DNA of 53,385 nt from Myxococcota bacterium (GTDB lineage: Bacteria > Myxococcota_A > UBA796 > UBA2385): assembly GCA_044344255.1 (NCBI GenBank), contig JBIJDH010000038.1, positions 1 through 53,385 of the forward strand. The letters are read 5' to 3'. A program made the position numbers and the translations under genes. Positions 25,667 to 36,500 of the stretch are shown piece by piece. The notes below the pieces were generated by a model. That model had not been told where the DNA came from. It ran no database searches and saw nothing but the letters and a program-made list of their open reading frames with translations. How positions within the stretch are numbered: the first letter of the stretch is position 1; every line of letters starts with the position of its first letter.

Positions 25667-28068
25667 GGCTCAGCTTCAGGAAGGTCTTCGAGCACGGCGC
25701 TCGCATCACCGTACCCCTGCTGCAGCGAGACTTCGCCCAGGGCCGCCCAAGCGCCAGCGATGTGCGCGAGCGCTTCCTCGACGTGCTGCTCGCCACCCTG
25801 CGCCTGCCCCCCGGAGACGACAGGCTGCCGCTTGACCTCGACTTTGTGTATGGCAGCCCCGACAACGAGGGCGCATTCAGCCCCCTGGACGGCCAGCAGC
25901 GCCTGACCACCCTCTTCCTGCTGCACTGGTACCTGTCGATCCACGACGTGGAGGAGCAGGACTTCCGCAGCTGGGCCATCAGCGAGGGTAGCGCCACCTT
26001 CAGCTACCGCGTGCGGCCCAGCTCGAAGGACTTCTTTGACGCCCTGGTGCAGGCCGAGGTCGACCTCCACGCGGTGGCCGCTGGGAACATCGTCCTTTCC
26101 GACCTGCTGCGCGACCAGCCCTGGTTCTTCCAGTCCTGGGACCTGGACCCCACCGTCCGCTCCTGCCTGGTGGTGCTCGACGCCATCCACGCCCGCTTCC
26201 AGGGGAGCGAGGGGCTGTATCGGCGTCTGGTCGACCTGGACGCCCCGCCCATCACCTTCCAGTTCCTCAACCTCAAGGAGTTCCGCCTCACCGACGACCT
26301 CTACATCAAGATGAACGCGCGTGGGAAGGCGCTCACGGTCTTCGAGACCTTCAAGGCGAACTTCGAGCAGCACGTTGGGGAGGTGATGCCCGAGGCCACC
26401 CGTCCGCTCAAAGGCACGCCCGTGGCCCTGAACACCTACGTCGCCCAGCGCTTCGACACGGCCTGGTGCGACCAGTTCTGGACCTGGCGCGGTAAGGGCA
26501 GCGAGCACGACCAGCTCACCATGAACGCCATCCGTGCGGCGGCCCTCGTCGGAGTGGTGCGCGAGCCACCTGAGCTGCCGGAAGCCGACCTCAATGCCCT
26601 GTTGGACGACATCCGCTTAGGCAAGCTCAAGACCTTCTACGACTACCGGGGGCGACAGTGCCTGGGCAGGACCTTCGTCGACGGGCTCGTGGGTCTGTTC
26701 GACCTCTGGTCCTCGGACGGCGACCGTCTGCGCAGCATCCTGAAGGAGACTCGCTGGTATGACGAGGCCCAGGCCTTCGAAGGGGTCCTGCTAATGGACG
26801 CGCGCGGCCGCGGGACGCTGCCCTACGACCGCTGGCTGCAGTTCTACGCTTGGTGCGAGTACCTGCTGAGCGGCTTGCCGCATGAGGGGCTCCGCGAGTG
26901 GATGCGCGTGGTCGTGAACCTGACCGAGAACTCGATCTACAACCGCGTCGACGAGTTCCGCCAGGCGGCGTTCGGCCTGCGGGATTGGCTGGCGGCCCAG
27001 GGCGCCCAGCTGCTGGAGGGCTTGGCCGAGGTTGGGTCCGTGCCTGGCTTCTTCGCGCGCCAGCAGGTGCGGGAGGAGCGACTCAAGGCCCAGCTCATTC
27101 TGCGCTCGGAGGCGTGGCGTAGCTTGATCGAGGAGGCCGAGACCCACGGCTACTTCCGTGGGCAGATTGAGTTCCTTTTCGACTTCTGCGGCGTGCTGCA
27201 GCGCTGGCTGGACGCGGAGATGAGCTGCAGCTGGGACGATGCGGACGACGAGAAGCTGCGGATAGCCTTCTCGACTTGGTACGAGCGCGCAAGGGCTGTG
27301 TTCCGGTCATCCCCGGCCGGCTTGACGACACTCCCGGAATTCGTGTGGGAACGCGCCCTGCTATGCGAGGGCGACTACTTTCTTGCCAAGGGCTCCAATC
27401 ACGGATTCCTCGAAGATAGCGGTCGGCAGCTCAGCTGGAAGCGCCTACTGCGCGCCGACCTACGCGACGCGAATGCTCGGGACCAGCGCGACATCGTGCG
27501 CCGGGTCCTGCAGATAGTCGATCCCCACAACGTGGAAAAAACGCTGCGCGAACGCATAATCCACGGTGTCGACGAGGAGGCTGGGGTCCTGGCAGGCTGG
27601 CGGGCACGTCTGGTGGAGCGACCAGAGCTGCTCGCCTACTGCGGAAAGCGGCTAGTCCGCATCGTCCCGGACTACAGCATCTACCTGCTCTCCAGCGAGC
27701 GGCGCAGCGGGTACCACAAGGAGCTGTTCACCGCGCACCTGGAGCTTGAACTTAGGCCCCGAGTTCAAGCGAGGGCACTGGCACCTTTCGACAAGATCTT
27801 CTACGTCGAAGTACGCACCGACTCTGAAGAGCCTACCCTGGAGTTACGCTCAAGCGAACGCAACGACCTGAAACTTTCTATCACGTTTAAAGGAGGTAAG
27901 TTCCAGTTGGATGTTGAACCGGAAGAACTGGCGGACCCTGACCTCGAGGAAGGCGAAGGCTGGTGGGTGCCTGCCGGGGAGTTGGAGACCGCAATCGAAG
28001 AGATGCTCGCGCGGGCTCGGCAGCTGGGACGCAATCCAGTGAGTGAAATGCACGGCCCACATGCGTAG
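25663..28068 (+). CDS. Second DUF262-domain protein (no clear HNH)
   Basis: ATGA coupling at 25663. VPLLQRDFAQG, LDGQQRLTTLFLL, YIKMNARGKALT.FE.FKA. Confidence 0.88.
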   Translation: MRLSFRKVFEHGARITVPLLQRDFAQGRPSASDVRERFLDVLLATLRLPPGDDRLPLDLDFVYGSPDNEGAFSPLDGQQRLTTLFLLHWYLSIHDVEEQDFRSWAISEGSATFSYRVRPSSKDFFDALVQAEVDLHAVAAGNIVLSDLLRDQPWFFQSWDLDPTVRSCLVVLDAIHARFQGSEGLYRRLVDLDAPPITFQFLNLKEFRLTDDLYIKMNARGKALTVFETFKANFEQHVGEVMPEATRPLKGTPVALNTYVAQRFDTAWCDQFWTWRGKGSEHDQLTMNAIRAAALVGVVREPPELPEADLNALLDDIRLGKLKTFYDYRGRQCLGRTFVDGLVGLFDLWSSDGDRLRSILKETRWYDEAQAFEGVLLMDARGRGTLPYDRWLQFYAWCEYLLSGLPHEGLREWMRVVVNLTENSIYNRVDEFRQAAFGLRDWLAAQGAQLLEGLAEVGSVPGFFARQQVREERLKAQLILRSEAWRSLIEEAETHGYFRGQIEFLFDFCGVLQRWLDAEMSCSWDDADDEKLRIAFSTWYERARAVFRSSPAGLTTLPEFVWERALLCEGDYFLAKGSNHGFLEDSGRQLSWKRLLRADLRDANARDQRDIVRRVLQIVDPHNVEKTLRERIIHGVDEEAGVLAGWRARLVERPELLAYCGKRLVRIVPDYSIYLLSSERRSGYHKELFTAHLELELRPRVQARALAPFDKIFYVEVRTDSEEPTLELRSSERNDLKLSITFKGGKFQLDVEPEELADPDLEEGEGWWVPAGELETAIEEMLARARQLGRNPVSEMHGPHA

Positions 28069-28360
28069 CCCCTTTCTACCGCCCAGCTGTCTCCCGACCG
28101 CCTCCTGCAGACCGCCTGACCGCGGCGTTCTCCCGTGCTTGCAGCCGGGCCAGACGGCAATGTCCGGGGTTTCGGGTCAGCTGCGCGGGGTCAGGGTGCG
28201 GCAGGAGCACACACCCCCCCTTTCCCACGCCAACGGCCTTCTCGCGGCCGGGGTTCGGACGGAACTTACGAACGCCAGGATCTCCCGACTTGGCGGGCGA
28301 GCCTCGGCACGAGGGGATCGCGCCCAAGCTCATCTCACCGGATGCGGCGCCCAATGTTCA

Positions 28361-30511
28361 TCAACCATCCCCATTTCGAGACACTGCGGCAATCCAAGCA
28401 CTCCCCCGCCCAGACCACGTCACCAGTACCTCCCGCTTCGCTCGGGTCACCGCCACATATAGCAGCGAACGCTCCTGCCGCTCAACATCCTCCTTCACAG
28501 CTTCATCCTCGGTTCCGGCAAAGGCCTCGGAAAGTGGGACCACCCCGTCATTCGCGCCGGCGACAACAACTCGCTCGAACTCCAGCCCCTTTACGCGGTG
28601 CATGGTCGCCATCCGCAACCCGGGCTTGTTCCGGTCCTCGGCCTCGCTCCGCCGCAAGCGATAGACGTCGATGCCCTGGCCAGCCAGCCCAGCCTCATAC
28701 CGGTCGAGGAGCTGGGCCGTCCGCGCAACGAGACACGTCCGCGTGAGGTCGCCGTTCCTCACCCAGCGGGCGATCTCTGCGACCTCCGACTCGACATTCG
28801 GGCACCCGATCTGCAGGGGAGGCTCGCCGTGTAGCAGCGACTTGTAGCCATGGGTCGTGTCCAGCCCGGCATCGAGGTCATCGACCGATAGGCCTTCGAG
28901 GATGGCAACGGCGAAGCGGCGGATCTCGTCGGTGGTCCGGTAATTGACCCGCAGCCGACGCGCGCGGCCGGTGACATGCACGCCTGCTGCCGAGAGTGTC
29001 GAGCGGCGCCGATAGATGCGCTGGTGGGCGTCTCCGACGATAAAGATGTCATTCTCGGCGGAGGGCACCATAGCGCGGATCAGCTTGAACGCGGCGGTTG
29101 ACATGTCCTGCCCCTCATCCACGAGGACGGATCGGTAGCGGGGAATAGCCTCCCGCCGACTGAGGATGCCCGTCGCGTCCCGGAGCGCGTCGCCCGCTTC
29201 TTTCACGCCCTCCTCCTCCATGAGGTTGCGGTATTCGGCGAACACGCGCCAGATCGCCTTGCGCTGGCTGCGGGCGAGCCGCACGCCTCGACCACCACGG
29301 GGTGCGCGGACATAGTCTTCCTCGGTCACGCAGCCCAACGGCTGCACGACGTAGTCCCACTCTTCTCGGAAGAAGGTCGCAGGGAACTGCGTTGGCGCGA
29401 GGGCCAGCGCAAGGTCCCAGAGCCGACGCAGCCTGCCGGTGCGCCCGTCCCAGTAGTCGATCTGGTAGCGATACCCCTGCTGGTGGAGGAAGTCGGTCAC
29501 CCACTTGTCGAGGTGCTCCACCTCGATCCGGCGGAACGCTGCCGGGGGGCAGAGCTTCCGAAGGTTCTCCTGGATGTCCGCCGCGAGGTTGCGGGTGAAG
29601 GTCGTGAACAGGACTCGGTCGTCCGTCTCCGGGAAGGTGTGCTGGACGAGCCACGCGGCGCGGTGCATGGCGACGACGGTCTTGCCCGTGCCCGCCCCGC
29701 CGAGAACGCGGACCGGGCCGCTCCAACGCCGCTCGACGAGCTTCCGCTGGCTGGGGTGGAGGAAGATCCGCCAACGCTCCAGGGGTGCGTCCAACATTGC
29801 GGCGACCGCTTCGTCCGTCTCAACGAGGACGAAGCTTCGCTTAGACGAGTCCGTGGCGAGCGAGGCTGCGAAGTCGGTCGGGGCAACCTTCACGGGCACC
29901 TCGATCTCCATCGCCCTGCGCACCTCGTCGAGCGTCTCCCCCTCGCCGAGGAAGAACAGGGCCTCGTAGGCGTCGGCTGGGAGAACGGCGGCGAGCCCGG
30001 AAAGCTCTGTGACGGAACGGACGTTGCGAACCACCTCCAGCATGGCGGGGGGGACGCTCACGCTGACCAGATCCGCATCAGAAAACCCGGCAAAGAGCGG
30101 GGTGGCGGCCGATACATCGGTTGGCACCGCCGAAATCTCAGGGGCTGTGGCGCCCACCAGGCCCTCGGCCAGGGTGAGGATCTGGAGGCTCCCGGTCTCG
30201 GGGTGGACCTCGCAGCGCTTGTTCTTCGCCCAGGCCATGGCCTCGTCGTGGTGATCGACCCAGAGAAGGACGTACACGTTGCCCTCATCCGGCCGAAGCA
30301 CGATGGCGCGGTAGGCATCGTCCACCCGCACCGTCCGCAGGTTCTGGTCGACGAACGTGTGGATCTTTTCGTAGTTGATCCCCGCGGAGGTCGGGTTCTC
30401 CCGGAACTTCCGCACGAAGTTCATGACCTTCTTCTGCTGCGCACGGGGCACCCGTGAGAAGCTGTCAAGGAACTGCTCGAAGATCGCGACGCGTGGTTGG
30501 AGCTGACTCAT
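28361..30511 (-). CDS. UvrD/SF1 helicase with an N-terminal RelE/ParE-like domain
   Basis: GGAGTGKT, TFTRNLA, VDEGQD, VGDAHQRIY, NYR, TMHRVKGLEF, LLYVAVTRA. N-terminal ~90 aa with R.VRVDDAYRAIV...WVDHHD. ATG overlaps the upstream TGA. Confidence 0.9.
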   Translation of the reverse strand: MSQLQPRVAIFEQFLDSFSRVPRAQQKKVMNFVRKFRENPTSAGINYEKIHTFVDQNLRTVRVDDAYRAIVLRPDEGNVYVLLWVDHHDEAMAWAKNKRCEVHPETGSLQILTLAEGLVGATAPEISAVPTDVSAATPLFAGFSDADLVSVSVPPAMLEVVRNVRSVTELSGLAAVLPADAYEALFFLGEGETLDEVRRAMEIEVPVKVAPTDFAASLATDSSKRSFVLVETDEAVAAMLDAPLERWRIFLHPSQRKLVERRWSGPVRVLGGAGTGKTVVAMHRAAWLVQHTFPETDDRVLFTTFTRNLAADIQENLRKLCPPAAFRRIEVEHLDKWVTDFLHQQGYRYQIDYWDGRTGRLRRLWDLALALAPTQFPATFFREEWDYVVQPLGCVTEEDYVRAPRGGRGVRLARSQRKAIWRVFAEYRNLMEEEGVKEAGDALRDATGILSRREAIPRYRSVLVDEGQDMSTAAFKLIRAMVPSAENDIFIVGDAHQRIYRRRSTLSAAGVHVTGRARRLRVNYRTTDEIRRFAVAILEGLSVDDLDAGLDTTHGYKSLLHGEPPLQIGCPNVESEVAEIARWVRNGDLTRTCLVARTAQLLDRYEAGLAGQGIDVYRLRRSEAEDRNKPGLRMATMHRVKGLEFERVVVAGANDGVVPLSEAFAGTEDEAVKEDVERQERSLLYVAVTRAKREVLVTWSGRGSAWIAAVSRNGDG

Positions 30512-33500
30512 CAACGACCCTCCTCCCCGTGAAACTGCCGGATGGCGGCGACCAGCAGCGGGACGTTCCCCACCACATCTTCAAGATTGAACACACGCCA
30601 CCTCGCCGCGAGCCTCCCGACGACACCGTCGGGAAGGTCGATGACCACTGCGACCCGTGCTTCGGGCCAGGCGAGCTCGGCCACCGCGTCCAACGCGCGC
30701 CCTATTTCGTCGGGCAAGTCGACCCCCACCTCGGGCCGCGGGATCCCCGCAGCGGCGAGCGCGGTCAGCAGCTCGCGGGCCGCGGGGTCCACTTCCCCGA
30801 GGAGATCGGCCCAGCCACCGGCGGAGTCCGCGTCAATGCCCGCGTCCCGCATGGCGGCGAGCTTGGAGTAGTCCAGGGCGTCCATGCCGCGGCGACCGAG
30901 GAACCAAGTATGGCGCATTGGTCGCAGGAAGTTGGCAAGCCGCAGGAGCCCCGCCCAGGTCCGGTGCACGCGGGGCTCGTAGGCGGCGTCGAGATCATCG
31001 TGGAGGACAACGACGAGACGAATTGCGCGACTGGCTGCCTTTCCGAACCCCTCGATGTCGGCCTTGGCGATGCTCGCGTCGCCGTAGATGAGGACATCGG
31101 CGCGCCGGTCCTCGTCGGCAGGCCAGTGCAGGGCGAGATGCTTGGCGCCGCTCGGCTCGATCCAGGCGCGTGGTTCGCCGGGGAGAGGGGCGAGCGCGTC
31201 GGCCCACGCCGCCACGTTCACCAGCGGGACGAGCTGGCTGAAGATCGTGGTCCAGGCGAGCCGATGGGCGTCGACGTGCGCGTAGGCACCCGACATCGTC
31301 TCGATGAACCACCGCCAAGTGGTCTCCCCGAGTCGAGATCGCACCGTGTGTGGGACCTTCAGCGCGTCCAGCATCTTTCCGAGCGGGCCGTCGTCTCGGA
31401 AGATCATGTGTACGGGCTCCATCTTCCCGGTGCCGGCCTCGTCGAGCGCTGCTGCGATGTCCTCCCATGTGAATGACCAGACGTCGTACTTTCCGGAAGT
31501 CTGCACCGACATGCGCCTCAGCATGTCCATCCCAATCTGGCCCTTATGGAAGGCCCACCCGTCGAGGAAGATGGCGACCGGCCTCTCCCCATTGGCGACC
31601 GTCGTCGGGTGGAGTAGGAAGTCGATGCTTACAAAGACGCCAAAACCCTCTGTCTTGGAATGCTCTCGCTGCGGCTCGATGTTCCATGATCGGTCGCCGA
31701 TGGTCCACCGCCACCCCGGCTTCCCGAACACGAGCGCCTTTACGACCGTGGAGGTCACGGAGTCTCCGCCCGAGCGTCGCAGTGCCTCCAGAAATCGGGC
31801 TTCCAGCACGCTACCGAGGAGGCCATCGACCCTGACATCTCCGATGGACTTCACGCGGACGATCGGCATCCAGTGGTCCAGGATCCGCGTGAGCAGTACG
31901 ATGGCCGCGCTCCGCGAAGTCTCTGGCATTTCATTGCTGTGCCGGTACAGGTATATGCACTGGTAGCAGCCGTCCCGATTTGGATCAGTCGCGCAGGTGC
32001 ACTTCACGAGGCGTTCACGCGCCAGTTGGAGCACATCGCGGACACCCTCGGGCGTCTTGAGCGTGGGGTCTACGCGCAGAAGATTCTTGAGGTAGCCCGT
32101 GCCGCCCGGCACCGTGTCGTAGATCACCAGGAACTGCTTGCGAAGGGGCGTGTTCGGCACAGGCTCCGACATCACCATGGTCCTCAGGTGGTCGACCCGG
32201 CCCTCGAAACGGGCGCGCAAGCCCACCTGGGTCGCCGCGGTGAACGAGTGAAGGTCCCTGTCGGTGTTGAAGCTGGGGATCGGCAGAAGGAACCGGAGCG
32301 CCTCGGACTCGAACTCCCGGTAGAGGTAGACACACTCCACGACGGGCATGTTCGCGGCGTTACGGGCCGGACACGTGAAGGTGTGGCGTGGCGTCCCCGA
32401 CCCGTCCTGCACCTTCCCGCACCGCTTGCAGACCTCGAAGCCCCGCCGAACGTCCTTCTGGCCTGCGATGGTGGTCGCCGCGCCATCGGACGTCGCCTTC
32501 CCGAAGTTCACGTCGCGAAAGGTTGCCTTGGGGAGGAACTCAAAGGCGAACGGGATGTCGTCGTTGTCCAGCTTCCAAGCGTCCCGCGAGGGTGTGTCGT
32601 GGAACCGGAGGAGGGTTTGGCGGGTGTAATAGGTGGGTTCGCGAGCGTCCCGGTCGTCCGTGAGCCGACTGGCCCGATCGTTCGTGTTCGCGAAGACCGC
32701 ACGGAGCTTCAAGACCTCATGTTTCTGGTCGGGATCGGGCCAGAGCGGACTCCCACAGGCCGGGCAGCCGGGAGCGGGTGGCTGCCCCGCCTGGTCGATC
32801 TCGGTGTGGCTGCACTCGTTGCAGAACCGCCAAGGGCCGGGCTCCAGGTCCGAGACATCGACCTGATCGATCTTCACTTTGCGCCCGCTCGCGTAGAACT
32901 CGTTGTCCGGAGCGAGCTCAGACAAGGCCGCGGCGGAAGGGCGTTCGTACTCGTATGCAAGGGTCTCGATCTCCCCATCATCACCTTGCACCGTCGTCTT
33001 CTTGCGCCAGATGATGGACCGGAGGCGGATCGGCGCCTCCGGGAAGGCGTAGTTGGGAAGCAGGCCCTCGTCGGTGAGGAAGCCGAGCGGATCGCGCTTG
33101 TCGAGCTCGGAGACGAGGCGTTGGGTGGCGGCCTTCTCCCGCGCCAGCTCCTTGAGGTCCTCCTTGTCCTTCTCGTCCTTCACCGGCTTCGCGGTGAGCT
33201 CCTTGATCAGGTCTACCAGCCGCCGGACCTTCTTTCGGAGCTCGTCCACGGCCTTCTTCTCCGCGGCGAAGGCCTCGAGGACGCGATGCGCGACGAGCGT
33301 CTCCCCGTCGGCCTCGCTTCGCATCGAGCGACGAAGGACATCCGCCGTGGGCGGCTCGACGCTCCCGGCGAACATCGAGAGGAAGTCGTCAACCAGCTCG
33401 TGCTCGTGTGACCGGACGTACTCGCTCCAGTTGTGGGGGAACTTCAGCGCGGCGGGGTTCTCCAGGGCGCCGAACACGGGCCGCATCTCACGAGGTAGAG

Positions 33501-36500
33501 CGTCCTCCGTCGGCGAGGTCGCCGCCCAGCGATCGAAGCAGAAGGCGGCGAGCTGGCGCTCCAAGACGGCGGTCGCGTCGAGGAACACGCCAGGGGGAGC
33601 GACGGCGCCAGCGATCATCTGCTCGGGTTCACCGTAGAAGTAGAGATCGTGATTGCGGGCGTTGGCGATCGTAAGCACCAGCGCGTTGCCATCACGGCGG
33701 CCGGCGCGGCCGACGCGCTGCAGATAGTTCGCCTGCGCGGGTGGGACCGAGCAGAGCACGGCCGACGAGAGGTCGCCGATATCGATGCCCATCTCCAGCG
33801 TCGGTGTCGAGGACAGGAGGTTGGGAAACCAGGGCTTTCGGTCCTTCTCGGCGGCCTTGAACCGGCCTTCGAGGTCCTCGCGCTTGGCACGCGACAACAG
33901 TCCGGTGTGCTCCTCGGCAAAGATGCGGGCCACGTTCCCGGAGCGGTACAGCCGCGCGAAGTAGTCGGGTTCCGAATCCGGGCGCGCGGCCATGCGCCCG
34001 GCGCACTGCGCGGACAAGCAGGGTGAACCCACCCAACCGGCCGTCGACTCCGCCGCCACCGCGGCGACGTGGCCGCAGCGATCACACCGAACGGCGTCCA
34101 CCCTCGCAGTGACCCTCAGCACCTCAGGACGCAGGCCCCAGACCTTGAAGTTCTGGCTGGCAAGGCGTTCCTCGACCAGTCCGCCGCTGACCAGCCCCGC
34201 CAGGACCATCCGCACCAGGTCGGCGGCCTGGCCCGTCAGCGGGGCAACCTCGCGCATATTGCCCTCGCACCAACGCTCGTACCAGGTGGGCTTGGTGTTG
34301 GAGCCGAGGAGTCGGTCAAAGTGGCGACCAGCCGGGCGGTTCGTCAGGAGCGCGGGACGGCGCCCACCATCCGGGAGGCAGCGCTCGTTCTTGAAGGTGA
34401 AGTCGGACTCGGTCTCCCAGAATGGCTTGGGAAGCTCGTTATGGAGGATTCCTCCGCGCTCCTGCATGTGGTGGAGGAACCCCGACAGCACGCGGCGAAG
34501 GTCCTCCCGCATGAGGCCGCGGAGGCCCGCGATCTCGTTTCGCACAGATTCGAGGAGCTGGTCGACGACGGCGTCGAGACGCGCAGCATCGACATGGGCC
34601 GTGGAGCAGCGGGTTCGCGCCAGCGACCGGCCAACACGAGCGTGGAGGCCGTACTCGGCGTACACCTCCCAGGTCAAACGCCGGAAGATGAGCTGGGGCA
34701 GCAGCGACCCGTTCGGGAGCCTTCCCTCCTCGCGGAGTCGCTCGTAGTCGCGGAGCCACAGCATGTCGGGCGCGATGAAGGTGGCGATGAAGGCGTCTTC
34801 GTCGAACCCTCCGGTCGAGCGCCACCATTCGCGGACGCGGCCCGCGAGCGCGGGCAAGGGAAGCCCCTCGCCGACCTCATCCACCACCCGCTGAATTGCG
34901 ATGCGCAGGTTGAACCGCCAGGTGCGGGCGCCGAAGAAGCCGGCACGATGGGCGGCGTCCTGGACTGAGTCCGAGAACGTCAGGAGCTTCTTGTCGTCGT
35001 TGAAGGGCGACGCGAAGAGCTGATCGATGAACACGCTGGTGAGCGATGCGGCCTGGAACCCGAGCAGCGAGAGGCTCCGGGGAAAGCCGCAGAACGGGCA
35101 GTCCCGGTTCAGCTCCGGCCGGTTCCGCCGGTTGGGGCGGGTCTGCACCACATCCGCGAGCTCGAGCACCCGCGCCTCGTCGATGTCCTGGCCGCGTGAG
35201 ACGAGTGTAAGGGTTTCCTTGTCGAAGCGCCTGCGGATGCCGTTGATCCGGGCGTCCTCCTCATGGGCGCACGGAAACAGGAAATGGATGCGCGCGTCGT
35301 TGGCGAAGAAGGCTCGGTAGAACTGCTGCAGTTCCACACGGTAGCGCCAGGGCTTGTCCCTGCCGACCAGGGCGCCCCACCCCATGACGCCGCACTCGCG
35401 GCAGTGGATGACCGGGAGGTGGGAATCGAGCTGAGTGGGGGTGAGGTCATCGGAGTAGCGGAGCCGCGGCCGGTCCTCCACACTGGCCACCATGCGCCGC
35501 ATCTCGCGCTGCCAGAGCTGAATGCGGACCTGGAGAAAGGCCTCGGTCGGTCGTGCCTCGCCGGCAAGCTCGCGCTTCTCGAAGGCGGCAGGCAGCTCTT
35601 CACGCCATTGCCGGGCGGCGGATACCAGGGCGAGAAAGCTCAGTAAGGCCGCGCGGCGAACGGCCGGATCATCGGTGTTGGCCAATCGCCCACCGAGCCG
35701 CTCTACCAGCGCGTCGACGGTCTGGGGACCCGCTGCGAGCTGGTCGAGGATGGTGCTCAATAGGCCGTGACGCAGGAGGCCCATGGCCAGTTCGACGTGC
35801 CAACCGGGGCCGGGCGTCCCATCGGGTGGTGGGAGGCCGTCGAGCCACCAGGCCGCCTGCTGGACGACGAATGCATCATGGTCACTGTAGCTCGCGGGGT
35901 CCAGCCGGCTGGCGTCCTCGACGTCGAGCGGCGTCCAGAACGTGGGCTTCTCGCCCAAGAAGAACTCATCAACGTCGAGACGCGTCTCAGTGATGACCGA
36001 GTCGGCGTCGAAGGTCTCACTGAACACCCGCTCGGCGTACTGGCGGAGGGTGTCGCCGCTGGCCTCGCTGCCGAGGGTGGCCGAGGTCCCGACGCAGCAA
36101 AGTTGCCCCGGGCGGACGCGCAACCGGTCCTTCAGCCGCCGAATGAGGCAGGCGAGGTCGGTGCCCTGCGCGCCGTCGAAGGTGTGGAGCTCGTCCACGA
36201 CGAGGAAGCGCAGCGACCCACCCGCAGAATCCTGCCAGAGCTGCCGATCCCGCGGCCGGATCAGCAGGTAGTCGAGCATCTTGTAGTTGGTGAGAAGGAT
36301 GTCGGGTGGCTCCTTCTGGAGCCGTTTGCGGTCAGTGATGATGTGGTCGGGTCCCATCGTGCCGTGGGCCTTCCGCCCCTCGCCATCGTCCTCCCCGACG
36401 TAGAGGCCCGCCGTGACGCCGCCACGGAGCTTGTCGTTCCCGTGGATGAGCTTCGCGAGGCGCAGTGCCTGGTCAGAGGCCAGCGCGTTCATCGGGTAGA

